63,090 nucleotides of DNA, from assembly GCA_002371345.1 (NCBI GenBank), contig DFHY01000108.1, positions 2,046-65,135 on the forward strand, read 5' to 3'. The first letter of the stretch is position 1; every line of letters begins with the position of its first letter. The stretch comes from Lachnospiraceae bacterium UBA3711 (GTDB lineage Bacteria; Bacillota; Clostridia; Lachnospirales; Lachnospiraceae). The notes below the pieces were generated by a model. The model made no database searches. It saw only the letters and a list, made by a program, of their open reading frames with translations, and was not told where the DNA came from. A program made the translations under genes and the position numbers. This document shows, one piece after another, positions 20,306 through 29,344 of this stretch.

Positions 20306-21079
20306 TCATTTCTCCCTGTTGATCATCGCCGCCTGATATCCGGCGCCGAAGCCATTATCAATATTTACAACCGACACTCCGCTTGCGCATGAATTGAGCA
20401 TGGACAGCAGAGCGCTCAGCCCCCCGAAGTTTGCTCCGTAGCCTACAGAGGTGGGAACCGCTATCACAGGGCAGTCCGCAAGCCCGGCGATCACACTAGC
20501 GAGCGCCCCCTCCATACCCGCGACAGCTATTATCACAGAAGCGCTCATGATCTCATCCATATGGGACAGCAGCCGGTGAAGTCCTGAGACCCCGACATCG
20601 ACCAGGCGCACCACACGGCTGCCCATCGCCTCGGCTGTGAGCGCGGCCTCCTCGCTCACCGGCAGATCCGATGTGCCTCCTGAGGCTACCACAACAGTGC
20701 CTCTGCCCCCGGCCCCGGGCATGCTCCCGACGATGGCGATCCGCGGTATCTCCTCATATCTGAAGGAGTCCCCTCCGGCTGTTCTCATTTTTATATGGGT
20801 CCTTACATATTCCGCCTTGTCGGCTGACATTCTTGTTATGAGTATCGTCTTCACGCCGTCGTCAAGCATCCTCTGAGAGATTACCAGAATCTGCTCTCCT
20901 GTCTTCCCCGCGCCATAGATAACCTCGGCAAAGCCCTGCCTCAGCTGCCTGTGGTTGTCGATCATGGCGAATCCAAGATCTGTATAAGGAGCCTCCCTGA
21001 ACCGGAGCATAGCGTCTTCAGGACTCAATGCCCCGTCCCTGACAAGGGTAAGGATCTTTTTCATCTCATCCTGCTCCAT
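20306..21079 (-). CDS. larB: nickel-pincer cofactor biosynthesis protein LarB (AIR carboxylase-like)
   Basis: DNHRQLRQGFAEVIYGAGK, GTSDLPVSEEA, DVGVSGLHRL, AGMEGAL, PTSVGYG, VNIDNGFGA. Confidence 0.9.
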   Translation of the reverse strand: MEQDEMKKILTLVRDGALSPEDAMLRFREAPYTDLGFAMIDNHRQLRQGFAEVIYGAGKTGEQILVISQRMLDDGVKTILITRMSADKAEYVRTHIKMRTAGGDSFRYEEIPRIAIVGSMPGAGGRGTVVVASGGTSDLPVSEEAALTAEAMGSRVVRLVDVGVSGLHRLLSHMDEIMSASVIIAVAGMEGALASVIAGLADCPVIAVPTSVGYGANFGGLSALLSMLNSCASGVSVVNIDNGFGAGYQAAMINREK

Positions 21080-21300
21080 ATGCCACCTCTCCTTCTGTTT
21101 TCTCTCCATGCACGCACTTTAACGGTAACTATAACACAACATCATGCTGATGTCACAGCCAGGCGTTCATTCCGTGCCAGAAATAAAACAAGAAGATGCA
21201 CAGGACAGGCCGGAGGGCTCTCATACGCCGCGTATGATCCGCGGCCGGAGAGCAGCCCGGAGCTGTCCTGTGCACCTGTTTTATGTTCCCTTGATTCACT

Positions 21301-22275
21301 TTACAGATAATGAGCCCTCAGCCATTCGTCCGGATGCGGGCTGAGATACTTCGGAGCGATATCGAACATTGTCCTGGCTCCGCTCTGGCCTTCATTGTTC
21401 ATCCGCCAGGCTGCCCTGGCTGCAGCAGCGATCACGCTTCCGGTGAATTCCGGATTGGAATCCAGCTTGAGACTGTACTCTATGACATGCTTCTTATCTC
21501 CTGTCCTGCCGGAATATATGACGGATCCCCCGTGCGGAAGCTCACTGTGGTTCTTACGAAGCTCATCAATAGAGATAAAATTCACGGTTGTATCATAGTC
21601 AGAGAAGTAGTTCGGCATCTCCTTGATCTCTCTCTCGATCCTGTCAAGGTCCGCTCCTTCCTCTGCCACGACATAGCACTCTCTCGTGTGCTTCTGGCGT
21701 GTGCTGAGCTCAGGGTTCTGACCTGAACGTACCAGCTCGACCGCCTCCGGAACCGGAACAGTATACTGGCGGGCGTCAACCACGCCGTCGATCCTGCGGA
21801 TCGCGTCAGAGTGTCCCTGCGATACGCCTCTTCCCCAGAAGGTATAATCCTTACCGTCAGGAAGAACAGAATGCGCGTACAGGCGGCTCAGAGAGAACAT
21901 ACCCGGATCCCATCCGCATGATATGACTCCGATCTTTCCGGCCTTCTTCGCGGCATCGTCAACCGCCGAGTAATGCTGTGGGATATTCGCGTGAGTATCG
22001 AAGCTGTCAACGACATTGAAGAGGGACGCGTACTTTGGAGTCTGCACTGGCAGGTCGGTAGCGCTGCCTCCGCACAGAACCAGGACGTCAATCTTATCCT
22101 TCATCCCCGGAAGATCACTGCAGCTGAAAACCGCCGCTCCGGATACTGTCTTTACATCTTTTGGATCCCTGCGGGTGAAGACTCCCGCAAGAGACTGGTC
22201 CTCATTTGCCAGAACCGCCTTCTCAACTCCCTTTCCAAGGTTTCCGTAACCAAGGATACCGATCCTGATGCTCAT
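21301..22275 (-). CDS. ddh: meso-diaminopimelate D-dehydrogenase
   Basis: GYGNLG, CGGSATDLP, DSFDTHA, GWDPGMFS, FWGRGVSQGHSDAIRR, SNPEFT. Confidence 0.95.
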   Translation of the reverse strand: MSIRIGILGYGNLGKGVEKAVLANEDQSLAGVFTRRDPKDVKTVSGAAVFSCSDLPGMKDKIDVLVLCGGSATDLPVQTPKYASLFNVVDSFDTHANIPQHYSAVDDAAKKAGKIGVISCGWDPGMFSLSRLYAHSVLPDGKDYTFWGRGVSQGHSDAIRRIDGVVDARQYTVPVPEAVELVRSGQNPELSTRQKHTRECYVVAEEGADLDRIEREIKEMPNYFSDYDTTVNFISIDELRKNHSELPHGGSVIYSGRTGDKKHVIEYSLKLDSNPEFTGSVIAAAARAAWRMNNEGQSGARTMFDIAPKYLSPHPDEWLRAHYL

Positions 22276-22295
22276 CTGCATCCCTCCTTTCAAAT

Positions 22296-23747
22296 TCAGA
22301 ACTTCCTTCCGCAGAACTTCAGAAGGTCAGCCTCGGTCGTGTTGTCATCAATGATGATCAGCTCAGTGCCTGTGAAACGCGCGAAGTTCGCGATGTCTTC
22401 CTTTGTCAGGGCGGTGGAAACTACAGAGTGATGAGCTCCTCCCGCATAGCACCACGCCGCGGTCCCGATTCTGAAGTTGGGCTTATGGCGGTACATGATG
22501 CGCGCAACCGGAAGCTTCGGCATGACCTTCGGCTGTTTTACAAGCTCGATGTCCGCGCAGATAATACGGAAATGATCTCCCATATCCACCAGAGTAACCT
22601 GGATAGCGTCACCTGTCACTCCGTCGAAGATCAGGCGGGCCGGATCCTCCTTATTGCCGATGCCGAGCGGGATCACGTCGATGACAGGCTTGTTCGCCGC
22701 GAATGAAACCGGTACTTCCAGCATATGAGAGGCAAGCTCAAGCTCCTGGCCTTTAGTCAGATCGTATGTATAATCCTCGATGAATCCTGTGCTTCCGCTT
22801 CTCTTCTCGGCCATCTTCATAAGAACCGCTGAGAATGCCGCGATCTTGTAGTCTCCCTCAGGTCCGAATCCCACGCCCTTTCCCATCAGGTTCTGGCACG
22901 CGATTCCCGGAAGCTGCTTCAGCCCGTGGAGATCCTGGAAGGTATCAGTAAATGCGCCGATTCCGTTTTTCTCAAGGAACTTATCCAGAGCGACCTCATA
23001 CTTTGCCTGCTCCCTGACAGCGTCAACACGGTCTGTCTTCATGGTATAGCGGGAAGTATACTCCTCCATCTTTCTGTCGGTCTCTTCCTCGGTGACTGTA
23101 TCAATGATCTTTACCAGATCGCCGATGGCATAGTAATTGGTCTCCCATCCGTAGCAGATCTGTGTCTCGACACGGTCTCCGTCAGTGACAGCGACTTCAC
23201 GCATATTGTTTCCAAACGCGGCTACCTTGAGGCTCTTCGAGAAAGCGATCGCCTTTGCCACCTCAGCGAACCTGCGGATATCGGCGACAACATCGTCATG
23301 CTCATAGTATCCGGCAACGACCTGATGCGCGACGCCCATTCTGGCAAGGATAAATCCATACTCCCTGTCGCCGTGAGCTGCCTGATTCAGGTTCATGAAA
23401 TCCATATCGATAGTATCGTACGGAAGGAACTCATTTGCCTGGGTATGCAGATGGAGCAGGGGCTTTCTGAGAATCTGGAGTCCCTTGATCCACATCTTGG
23501 CCGGTGAGAATGTGTGCATCCATGTGATTACTCCGACGCAGTCGTCGTCATTCTCGACCTTTCTCATATCCTCAATACAGATCTCAGAGTTCTCGACTGT
23601 CGGGAGAAGCTCTACGCTGGCCACGTCCTTGATCTTCTCATTCAGGAACGACGCCATTCTCTTCGCGTCCTCCGCTACCTGCTTAAGGCATTCCTCTCCA
23701 TACAGATCCTGGCTGCCGACAATAAAATACAGCTTTGAATGATTCAT
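22296..23747 (-). CDS. araA: L-arabinose isomerase
   Basis: GSQDLYG, WMHTFSPAKMW, MNLNQAAHGDRE, GPEGDYK, EDYTY, SHMLE, AGGAHH. Confidence 0.95.
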   Translation of the reverse strand: MNHSKLYFIVGSQDLYGEECLKQVAEDAKRMASFLNEKIKDVASVELLPTVENSEICIEDMRKVENDDDCVGVITWMHTFSPAKMWIKGLQILRKPLLHLHTQANEFLPYDTIDMDFMNLNQAAHGDREYGFILARMGVAHQVVAGYYEHDDVVADIRRFAEVAKAIAFSKSLKVAAFGNNMREVAVTDGDRVETQICYGWETNYYAIGDLVKIIDTVTEEETDRKMEEYTSRYTMKTDRVDAVREQAKYEVALDKFLEKNGIGAFTDTFQDLHGLKQLPGIACQNLMGKGVGFGPEGDYKIAAFSAVLMKMAEKRSGSTGFIEDYTYDLTKGQELELASHMLEVPVSFAANKPVIDVIPLGIGNKEDPARLIFDGVTGDAIQVTLVDMGDHFRIICADIELVKQPKVMPKLPVARIMYRHKPNFRIGTAAWCYAGGAHHSVVSTALTKEDIANFARFTGTELIIIDDNTTEADLLKFCGRKF

Positions 23748-23794
23748 AATATACCTCGATTCCGGTCTCACAGAAGGTTGTTTGATACATTTCT

Positions 23795-23836
23795 ATTGTA
23801 TAAGGGCAATTCGTATTTGTAAACCATACAAATTGC
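23795..23836 (-). promoter_or_regulatory. araA promoter with an overlapping inverted-repeat operator
   Basis: TTTACA(23823-23818)-17-TACAAT(23800-23795); inverted repeat ATTTGTA-N5-TACAAAT (23815-23833) over the -35. Confidence 0.6.
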
Positions 23837-23896
23837 AATATTTCAGTGATATTTGTACCATATCTATCCTATTAGAATTAAACAAGCATATCCGGT

Positions 23897-25657
23897 CTAT
23901 CCGATACCGAGAACCGGACGCATCTCAGCGGCGGAATCGACCAGATAGTCCGCTCCGTTCTCCTCAAGCTCCTCACGTGTACCATATCCGTATACGGCGC
24001 CTATGCTGTCGCAGCCTGCCTCCTTCGCCCCGATGATGTCGAATCTCGAATCACCGACCATGATCACATCCTCCGCGCCGAGTCCGAGCCTTGAGAGAGC
24101 GCGTCCTATCAGTACGCTCTTTCTGTTGGACGGATCATCCGGATCAGGACCTGTGATGGCTTCAAAGTACTTTGTCATATCAAAGTGTTCAAGAATCTTA
24201 CAGGCCGCCTCCTGAGGCTTTGAAGTCACGACCGCGCAGGATATGCCTGCCCGGTTAAGATCGCCAAGAAGCTCCCTGATACCGTCATAGATGCTGAGAT
24301 TGAAGCATTCACCCCTGTGGTAGCACTCACGGTAAGCCTCGACAGCCTTCCACGCCTCATCCTCCGTCATGCCGCAGTAGTTCATGTACGAATAGAGGAG
24401 CGACGGACCGACGAACTTTCTCAGGACGTCATCTGACGGAACAGCACGCCCCAGCTTTTCGAGGGAATAGCGCACAGAATTCATGATTCCGGGGCCGGAG
24501 TCATTTATCGTACCGTCAAGATCGAACAGGACAGCCCTGTACTTTCTGATTCCGAATCCTGAATTGACTATTCTCCAGAGCACCGCTGCATCCGTCTCAA
24601 ACGGAGCCTTCGCCCTCTTGGAGGCACTTGAAAGCACATCTGTAAATGACTGCCTGAGATACGGCCTGAGCCTGTCTTCATCTTCGTCAACCGCGCCGCA
24701 GCACATTCTGAAAGTTTCCTCGAAGTCGTCAACCGATGAGAAACCGGACAGCTTAAGTACACGCGAAGTCTCTGCCGGATCCGCCTCCCTGAGGTATCCA
24801 GCCATAAAGCAGCTGACCGCCCTGCCGTGCGGAACGCCCAGACCACATGTAAGAGCGTAGCTCAATCCGTGCGGCAGGCTGGTCCCTGTATGTGCTATAG
24901 CCATGCCGCCGAGCATCGACGCTCTCATGAGATTCTCATAATCGGTTTCATCAGGCTGTTTCTCACCCTTAAGTACGGGAACAGACTTGCTCCATTCCCT
25001 GAGCCCGTCCTCAGCTATCAGGCAGGAGATCCTGGTCATGTCCGCGTTCAGCCTGCTCTCATACAGATGGGCGAGAGCGTCAAAGGCTGTATTGCACAGA
25101 GTCGCGCGTCCCGCGGTACGAAGATACTTGCCGTCTATCAGCGCAAGGTCCGCGAATATCCTGTAAGGGATCGATTTTTTGATATTCTTTTCGTCATCTG
25201 TCAGAACCGAGATTCCTGTAACCTCGGATCCGGTCCCGCAGGTAGTGGGAATGCATACAACAGGCACATGGCTGCCGTCTCCCCCGGACTTATAGAGGTA
25301 ATCTCTCCCGCGGTCTCTGTTTCTGATCATCAGAGCGACAGCCTTGGCAGCGTCCATCGGAGATCCTCCCCCGGCGCCTATCACATAGTCAGCATTATTC
25401 TGAACGCCGAAATCTCTTGCTCTCATGACTGTTGAAACAGAAGGATTCTCTTCCACTTCGTCAAACAGAACATGATCTATGCCATATTCATCGAGGGCAG
25501 AACATATATCATCGTACACTCCGCACTTTTTTGCGGAGCTTCGCCCGGTTACGATCAGTGCCTTCCTGCCGTAAGCGGCAAGATCCTTCGCGTGCTCTCT
25601 GACTACATCAGGGCCGGAGAAAACTCTGGCAGGCATATAGAATCTGTCTGTGCTCAT
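23897..25657 (-). CDS. fusion: iron-containing alcohol dehydrogenase (N) + HAD phosphatase (C)
   Basis: GGGSPMDAAK, PTTCGTGSE, DALAHLYE, PHGLSY, VPHG, then FDLDGT, VTSKP, MVGDSRFDI in one frame; ATGA overlap with hydE. Confidence 0.85.
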   Translation of the reverse strand: MSTDRFYMPARVFSGPDVVREHAKDLAAYGRKALIVTGRSSAKKCGVYDDICSALDEYGIDHVLFDEVEENPSVSTVMRARDFGVQNNADYVIGAGGGSPMDAAKAVALMIRNRDRGRDYLYKSGGDGSHVPVVCIPTTCGTGSEVTGISVLTDDEKNIKKSIPYRIFADLALIDGKYLRTAGRATLCNTAFDALAHLYESRLNADMTRISCLIAEDGLREWSKSVPVLKGEKQPDETDYENLMRASMLGGMAIAHTGTSLPHGLSYALTCGLGVPHGRAVSCFMAGYLREADPAETSRVLKLSGFSSVDDFEETFRMCCGAVDEDEDRLRPYLRQSFTDVLSSASKRAKAPFETDAAVLWRIVNSGFGIRKYRAVLFDLDGTINDSGPGIMNSVRYSLEKLGRAVPSDDVLRKFVGPSLLYSYMNYCGMTEDEAWKAVEAYRECYHRGECFNLSIYDGIRELLGDLNRAGISCAVVTSKPQEAACKILEHFDMTKYFEAITGPDPDDPSNRKSVLIGRALSRLGLGAEDVIMVGDSRFDIIGAKEAGCDSIGAVYGYGTREELEENGADYLVDSAAEMRPVLGIG

Positions 25658-26733
25658 CTTTTCAATCCTCCATTCTCCATGCCGCACCAGTCCCCGCGGC
25701 TTACCTGAACCTCATAGCCTATTCCGGATATTCGGTGTTCCATACAGTGGCGGCACTCAGCCGCCTCGTCTCCTGTGCAGATCTTCCCGTCATACAGAAG
25801 ATATTTGTCCCTGACGCCGGAAGGAGACAGATTCGGCATCACGACATTCGCTCCCGCAAGGATTCCCTTCTCTCTTCCGAGAGGATCAATTGTCCCGAGC
25901 GCTGTTGTCGCCGGAAGCAGAACCATAGGGAGCATCAGCCTTATCACCGCCAGCAGGTGAAGAGTGTCCTTCACCTCTCCGCTCTTCTCGTGCGCGAAAG
26001 GAGTATCCCTGTGGGGAATAAACGGACCGATACCCACCATGTGAGGCTTGAATTCCGACATGTAGTACAGGTCTTCCAGAATATCCTCAATTGTCTGCCC
26101 AGGCGATCCGACCATGATGCCGCATCCGACCTGATACCCTATATCCTTCAGATCATTGAGGCACCGCTTCCTGTTCCCGATCGTAAGCCCCGGCGGATGA
26201 AGATGCCTGTAGTGCTCCGGGGATGACGTCTCCTGCCGCAGCAGGTAGCGGTCCGCGCCGGCGTCGAAATATCTCTGGTAGCTCTCACGGCTCTTCTCGC
26301 CGACGGACAGAGTTACCGCACAGTCCGGGTGGCGCTCCTTGATCCCGGATACAATGCGGCACAGATCATCATCCGAGTAATGCAGGTCTTCCCCGCTCTG
26401 CAGGACAATCGTTCTGAACCCAAGCTCATATCCCTGATCGGCGCACGCAAAGATCTCGTCACTGCCAAGCCTGTACCTCTGAGCGTTCCGGTTCGAACGG
26501 CGCAGCCCGCAGTAATAGCAGTCGTTGCGGCAGTAGCTGCTGAACTCTATCAGGCCTCTGAGATACACAGCCTTGTGATAATAATGATCACAGACCTCCC
26601 TGGCCTGCTTATACAGATACTCTTCGTCCGGATCCGTCATGCTCTCAAGAAGAATACGCATATCCTCCCGGCCGAGAGTATGCGCTCTCCTCAGATGATC
26701 TATTCTGTCAAGATTGGATGAATAATCAGCCAT
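25654..26733 (-). CDS. hydE: [FeFe]-hydrogenase H-cluster radical SAM maturase HydE
   Basis: RGLIEFSSYCRNDCYYCGLR, VLQSGED, ADRYLLRQET, GPFIPH, LPATTALGT, GANVVMPN, YLLYDGKIC..AAECRHC. Confidence 0.92.
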   Translation of the reverse strand: MADYSSNLDRIDHLRRAHTLGREDMRILLESMTDPDEEYLYKQAREVCDHYYHKAVYLRGLIEFSSYCRNDCYYCGLRRSNRNAQRYRLGSDEIFACADQGYELGFRTIVLQSGEDLHYSDDDLCRIVSGIKERHPDCAVTLSVGEKSRESYQRYFDAGADRYLLRQETSSPEHYRHLHPPGLTIGNRKRCLNDLKDIGYQVGCGIMVGSPGQTIEDILEDLYYMSEFKPHMVGIGPFIPHRDTPFAHEKSGEVKDTLHLLAVIRLMLPMVLLPATTALGTIDPLGREKGILAGANVVMPNLSPSGVRDKYLLYDGKICTGDEAAECRHCMEHRISGIGYEVQVSRGDWCGMENGGLKR

Positions 26734-26842
26734 TATGCTTTAAGCTCCGTATAAAAAAGACTTCACTGACAGCATGTCCGATCCCCGTGAAGTGGGGCGT
26801 CCGCGCAGGTGTGCCGGGCATGACGTAAAATAATAATACCGC

Positions 26843-28084
26843 TCAGGTTTTCAGAATGCCCGCGGCCTCCGGCACCGGCCTCAGGGCGCGAGGAAGTATT
26901 CCGTGAACCTGCGCTATGACCATCCCGTAGTTTGTGACCGGAATCCCGAGTGAAGCTGCCGCCTCATTGCGTGATCTCACCTCCCGCTCATTGAGCATGC
27001 ATGAGCCGCAGTGAATAACAACCTTATAGCGTTCAAGATCCTTCGGAAATGACAGTCCTGAGGATGTCTCGAATACCGGATCCCTGCCTGTGTATTCCCT
27101 TATCCACTTCGGAAGCTTCACCGTACCTATATCACCGCACTGCCTGTGATGCGTACAGCCCTCCGCTATCAGTATCCTGTCGTTGTCCTGAATAGAATCT
27201 ACTGCCCTGACCCCGCGGAGCTGCTGCGCCAGTACACCCTTATACCTGGCCATCAGGATCGAAAAGGAGGTCATAGGTATATCTTCCGGCACCACCTTTG
27301 CCACATGAGCGAAAGCCTGGCTGTCGGTGATCACCAGAGAAGGTCTTTCAGAAGATGATCTCATGACAGAGTCAAGCTCACTGTCCCTGACGCACAGCAC
27401 CTGCGCGCCGTGATCCAGCAGATCCCGCAGCACCTGCTGCTGCGGAAGTATCAGTCTGCCCTTTGGAGCCGACTCATCGATCGGGATAACCAGTATTACA
27501 CGGTCCAGAGGCGATATGAGATCCCCGGCAAGAGGAAGCTCTCCCTTCTCTTTATGTCTGCCGGCTGCCTGCCCTATCATCTCCCTCAGCTTAACTATAT
27601 TCTCACCGGTCTGTGCGCTCACAAACACCTGTGAAGGAACATCTTCTCCTCCCGTGCCCTGAAGCAGCCCGGACTGCTCATCCCTGTCTGCAAGGTCAGA
27701 CTTGTTCCACGCGACAATACATGGAATCTCATGCTCCCTGAACATGCTAAGAAGCCTGCGGTCCGTTTCCCTGAGTCCTGTTGTAAGATCGACTACGAGA
27801 ACCGCAAGGTCTGTCCTTCTGAGTATATCCCTTGTCCTTTCAACCCGGAGATCCCCCAGGTCCCCCTCGTCGTCAAAGCCCGGAGTGTCAGTTATGACGA
27901 CCGGCCCCGCAGGCAGAATCTCCATAGGTTTCGTCACCGGGTCTGTGGTTGTTCCGGGCACCTCGGAGACAACAGACATCTGCTGCGAAGTCAGGGCATT
28001 GACAAGGCTTGACTTGCCCGCGTTGCGGCATCCGAAGAATCCGATGTGAAGCCTGACACTGCCCGGAGCGTCATTCATGCTCAT
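26843..28084 (-). CDS. hydF: [FeFe]-hydrogenase maturation GTPase HydF
   Basis: GCRNAGKSS, PGTTTDPV, DTPG, NKSD, APKGRLILPQ, ITDSQ, EGCTHH, HCGSC, TNYG. Start 28084 with AGGAGG RBS. Confidence 0.95.
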   Translation of the reverse strand: MSMNDAPGSVRLHIGFFGCRNAGKSSLVNALTSQQMSVVSEVPGTTTDPVTKPMEILPAGPVVITDTPGFDDEGDLGDLRVERTRDILRRTDLAVLVVDLTTGLRETDRRLLSMFREHEIPCIVAWNKSDLADRDEQSGLLQGTGGEDVPSQVFVSAQTGENIVKLREMIGQAAGRHKEKGELPLAGDLISPLDRVILVIPIDESAPKGRLILPQQQVLRDLLDHGAQVLCVRDSELDSVMRSSSERPSLVITDSQAFAHVAKVVPEDIPMTSFSILMARYKGVLAQQLRGVRAVDSIQDNDRILIAEGCTHHRQCGDIGTVKLPKWIREYTGRDPVFETSSGLSFPKDLERYKVVIHCGSCMLNEREVRSRNEAAASLGIPVTNYGMVIAQVHGILPRALRPVPEAAGILKT

Positions 28085-28101
28085 ATATTGCCTCCTGTCA
28101 T

Positions 28102-29343
28102 CTATCCTATTATGCTCCCCATTCTGTCCAGGTACAGTCTGCCTGACAGCGCAAAATGAGGCGTTTCCTCGAACCTGCAGTCCTTTGAGCAGGCCGGCTT
28201 CAGCATAGGGTCGGCGCAAACCTCATCATAACGTCCGAGGACTTCCCGGATCTCAGACTCTCCCTTAGGGCAAGGCGTGCCGGCCTTTATGAGTCCTCCT
28301 GCAGTCTCCGTAAGAGGAACTATATCCCAGCTTCCCCTGCCGGACAGCATTCTGTCAGCCGCGCGTGATCCTGATATGACACACTCACCGGCAATGCACC
28401 CTCGGACGGAATCATTGCGTTCCGCGGCGCCCGGAAGATCAAGATACGCTGTCCTGCTGACCCTATCGGACGCGCATTTTACAAGAGAACTGAAAAGGAC
28501 ATCAGCAAAAGCCCCGATCGGCACGCCCGCCGTGTATGGAATCCCAAAGGCCTCCTCCATCCATCTGGCCGTATATATGCCGGATGACGACACCGCCAGA
28601 TTGACGTCCGCTCTGAGGGCGTTTCTCAGATTATCCAGTGTATCATCCATCGCCCACATGCTGACCACTTCAAAGCCCGCGGACTCAAGCAGCCTCCGGA
28701 GACGGGCACTCTCATCAGGAGCGGTGAAGTCGAGCGGCGTCATCCCGAGGACATTCAGGCGAAGCCTGCGCCTCACATCAGCATGGGCTTTATCTGTGCC
28801 GTGATATGTTTCCGTATGGCTCTTCCACGAGTCTTCCTCTTCAGAAGCGCCTGAATCATTATGCGCCGCCGCGTCTTCTTCTGCGAACAGCTCCCTGGCA
28901 AGCTCAAGAAATGCATGCCCCGCGCCGTATGTGTAATCATGCATCGCGTTGGTCTCGACGCGGAAGGCCGGGATCCCGGTTACCGAGGATATCTTTGAGC
29001 AGATGGCGGAGAAGTCTGTTCCGATCAGCCATGGAACCGGTGAATTGGCAATCGCGATAAACTCCGGATGAAACTGTTCCGCAGCCTGGACTATATCATC
29101 GATCAGCTTCCTGTCATTTCCGCAGATGGCGTCGAGCTGGGTGAGCCCTGATATAAATATCAGGCTCTCCCTGCTGATCCACCTGATCTCGTCATGAGTA
29201 TTGTATGTGGAATTGCAACCTGACGGATCATGCATCACAACCATTCCGCCCAGCTCATACAGGGCGGAGCATACGCCTGATACATCGCCAGTGTATACCG
29301 GAAGACTCCAGTATGTCTGTTTTTTCCAGCTCTCTGCCGCCAT
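28102..29343 (-). CDS. nitrogenase component-1-like oxidoreductase subunit (NifK/N-like, copy 2)
   Basis: GDVSGV..HDPSGCNST, SPVPWLIGTD, LNVLG, ADVNLAVS..G..A..M...FGIPY, C-terminal HFALSG. Confidence 0.82.
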   Translation of the reverse strand: MAAESWKKQTYWSLPVYTGDVSGVCSALYELGGMVVMHDPSGCNSTYNTHDEIRWISRESLIFISGLTQLDAICGNDRKLIDDIVQAAEQFHPEFIAIANSPVPWLIGTDFSAICSKISSVTGIPAFRVETNAMHDYTYGAGHAFLELARELFAEEDAAAHNDSGASEEEDSWKSHTETYHGTDKAHADVRRRLRLNVLGMTPLDFTAPDESARLRRLLESAGFEVVSMWAMDDTLDNLRNALRADVNLAVSSSGIYTARWMEEAFGIPYTAGVPIGAFADVLFSSLVKCASDRVSRTAYLDLPGAAERNDSVRGCIAGECVISGSRAADRMLSGRGSWDIVPLTETAGGLIKAGTPCPKGESEIREVLGRYDEVCADPMLKPACSKDCRFEETPHFALSGRLYLDRMGSIIG

Positions 29344-29344
29344 G

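Noticed and set aside
25654-26733. Biotin synthase or HydG instead of HydE
   Set aside because: YLLRQET, PATTAL, GANVVMPN and the YxLYxxKIC tail, the 359-aa length and adjacency to hydF fit HydE; the HydG-type C-terminal motif and length are absent.
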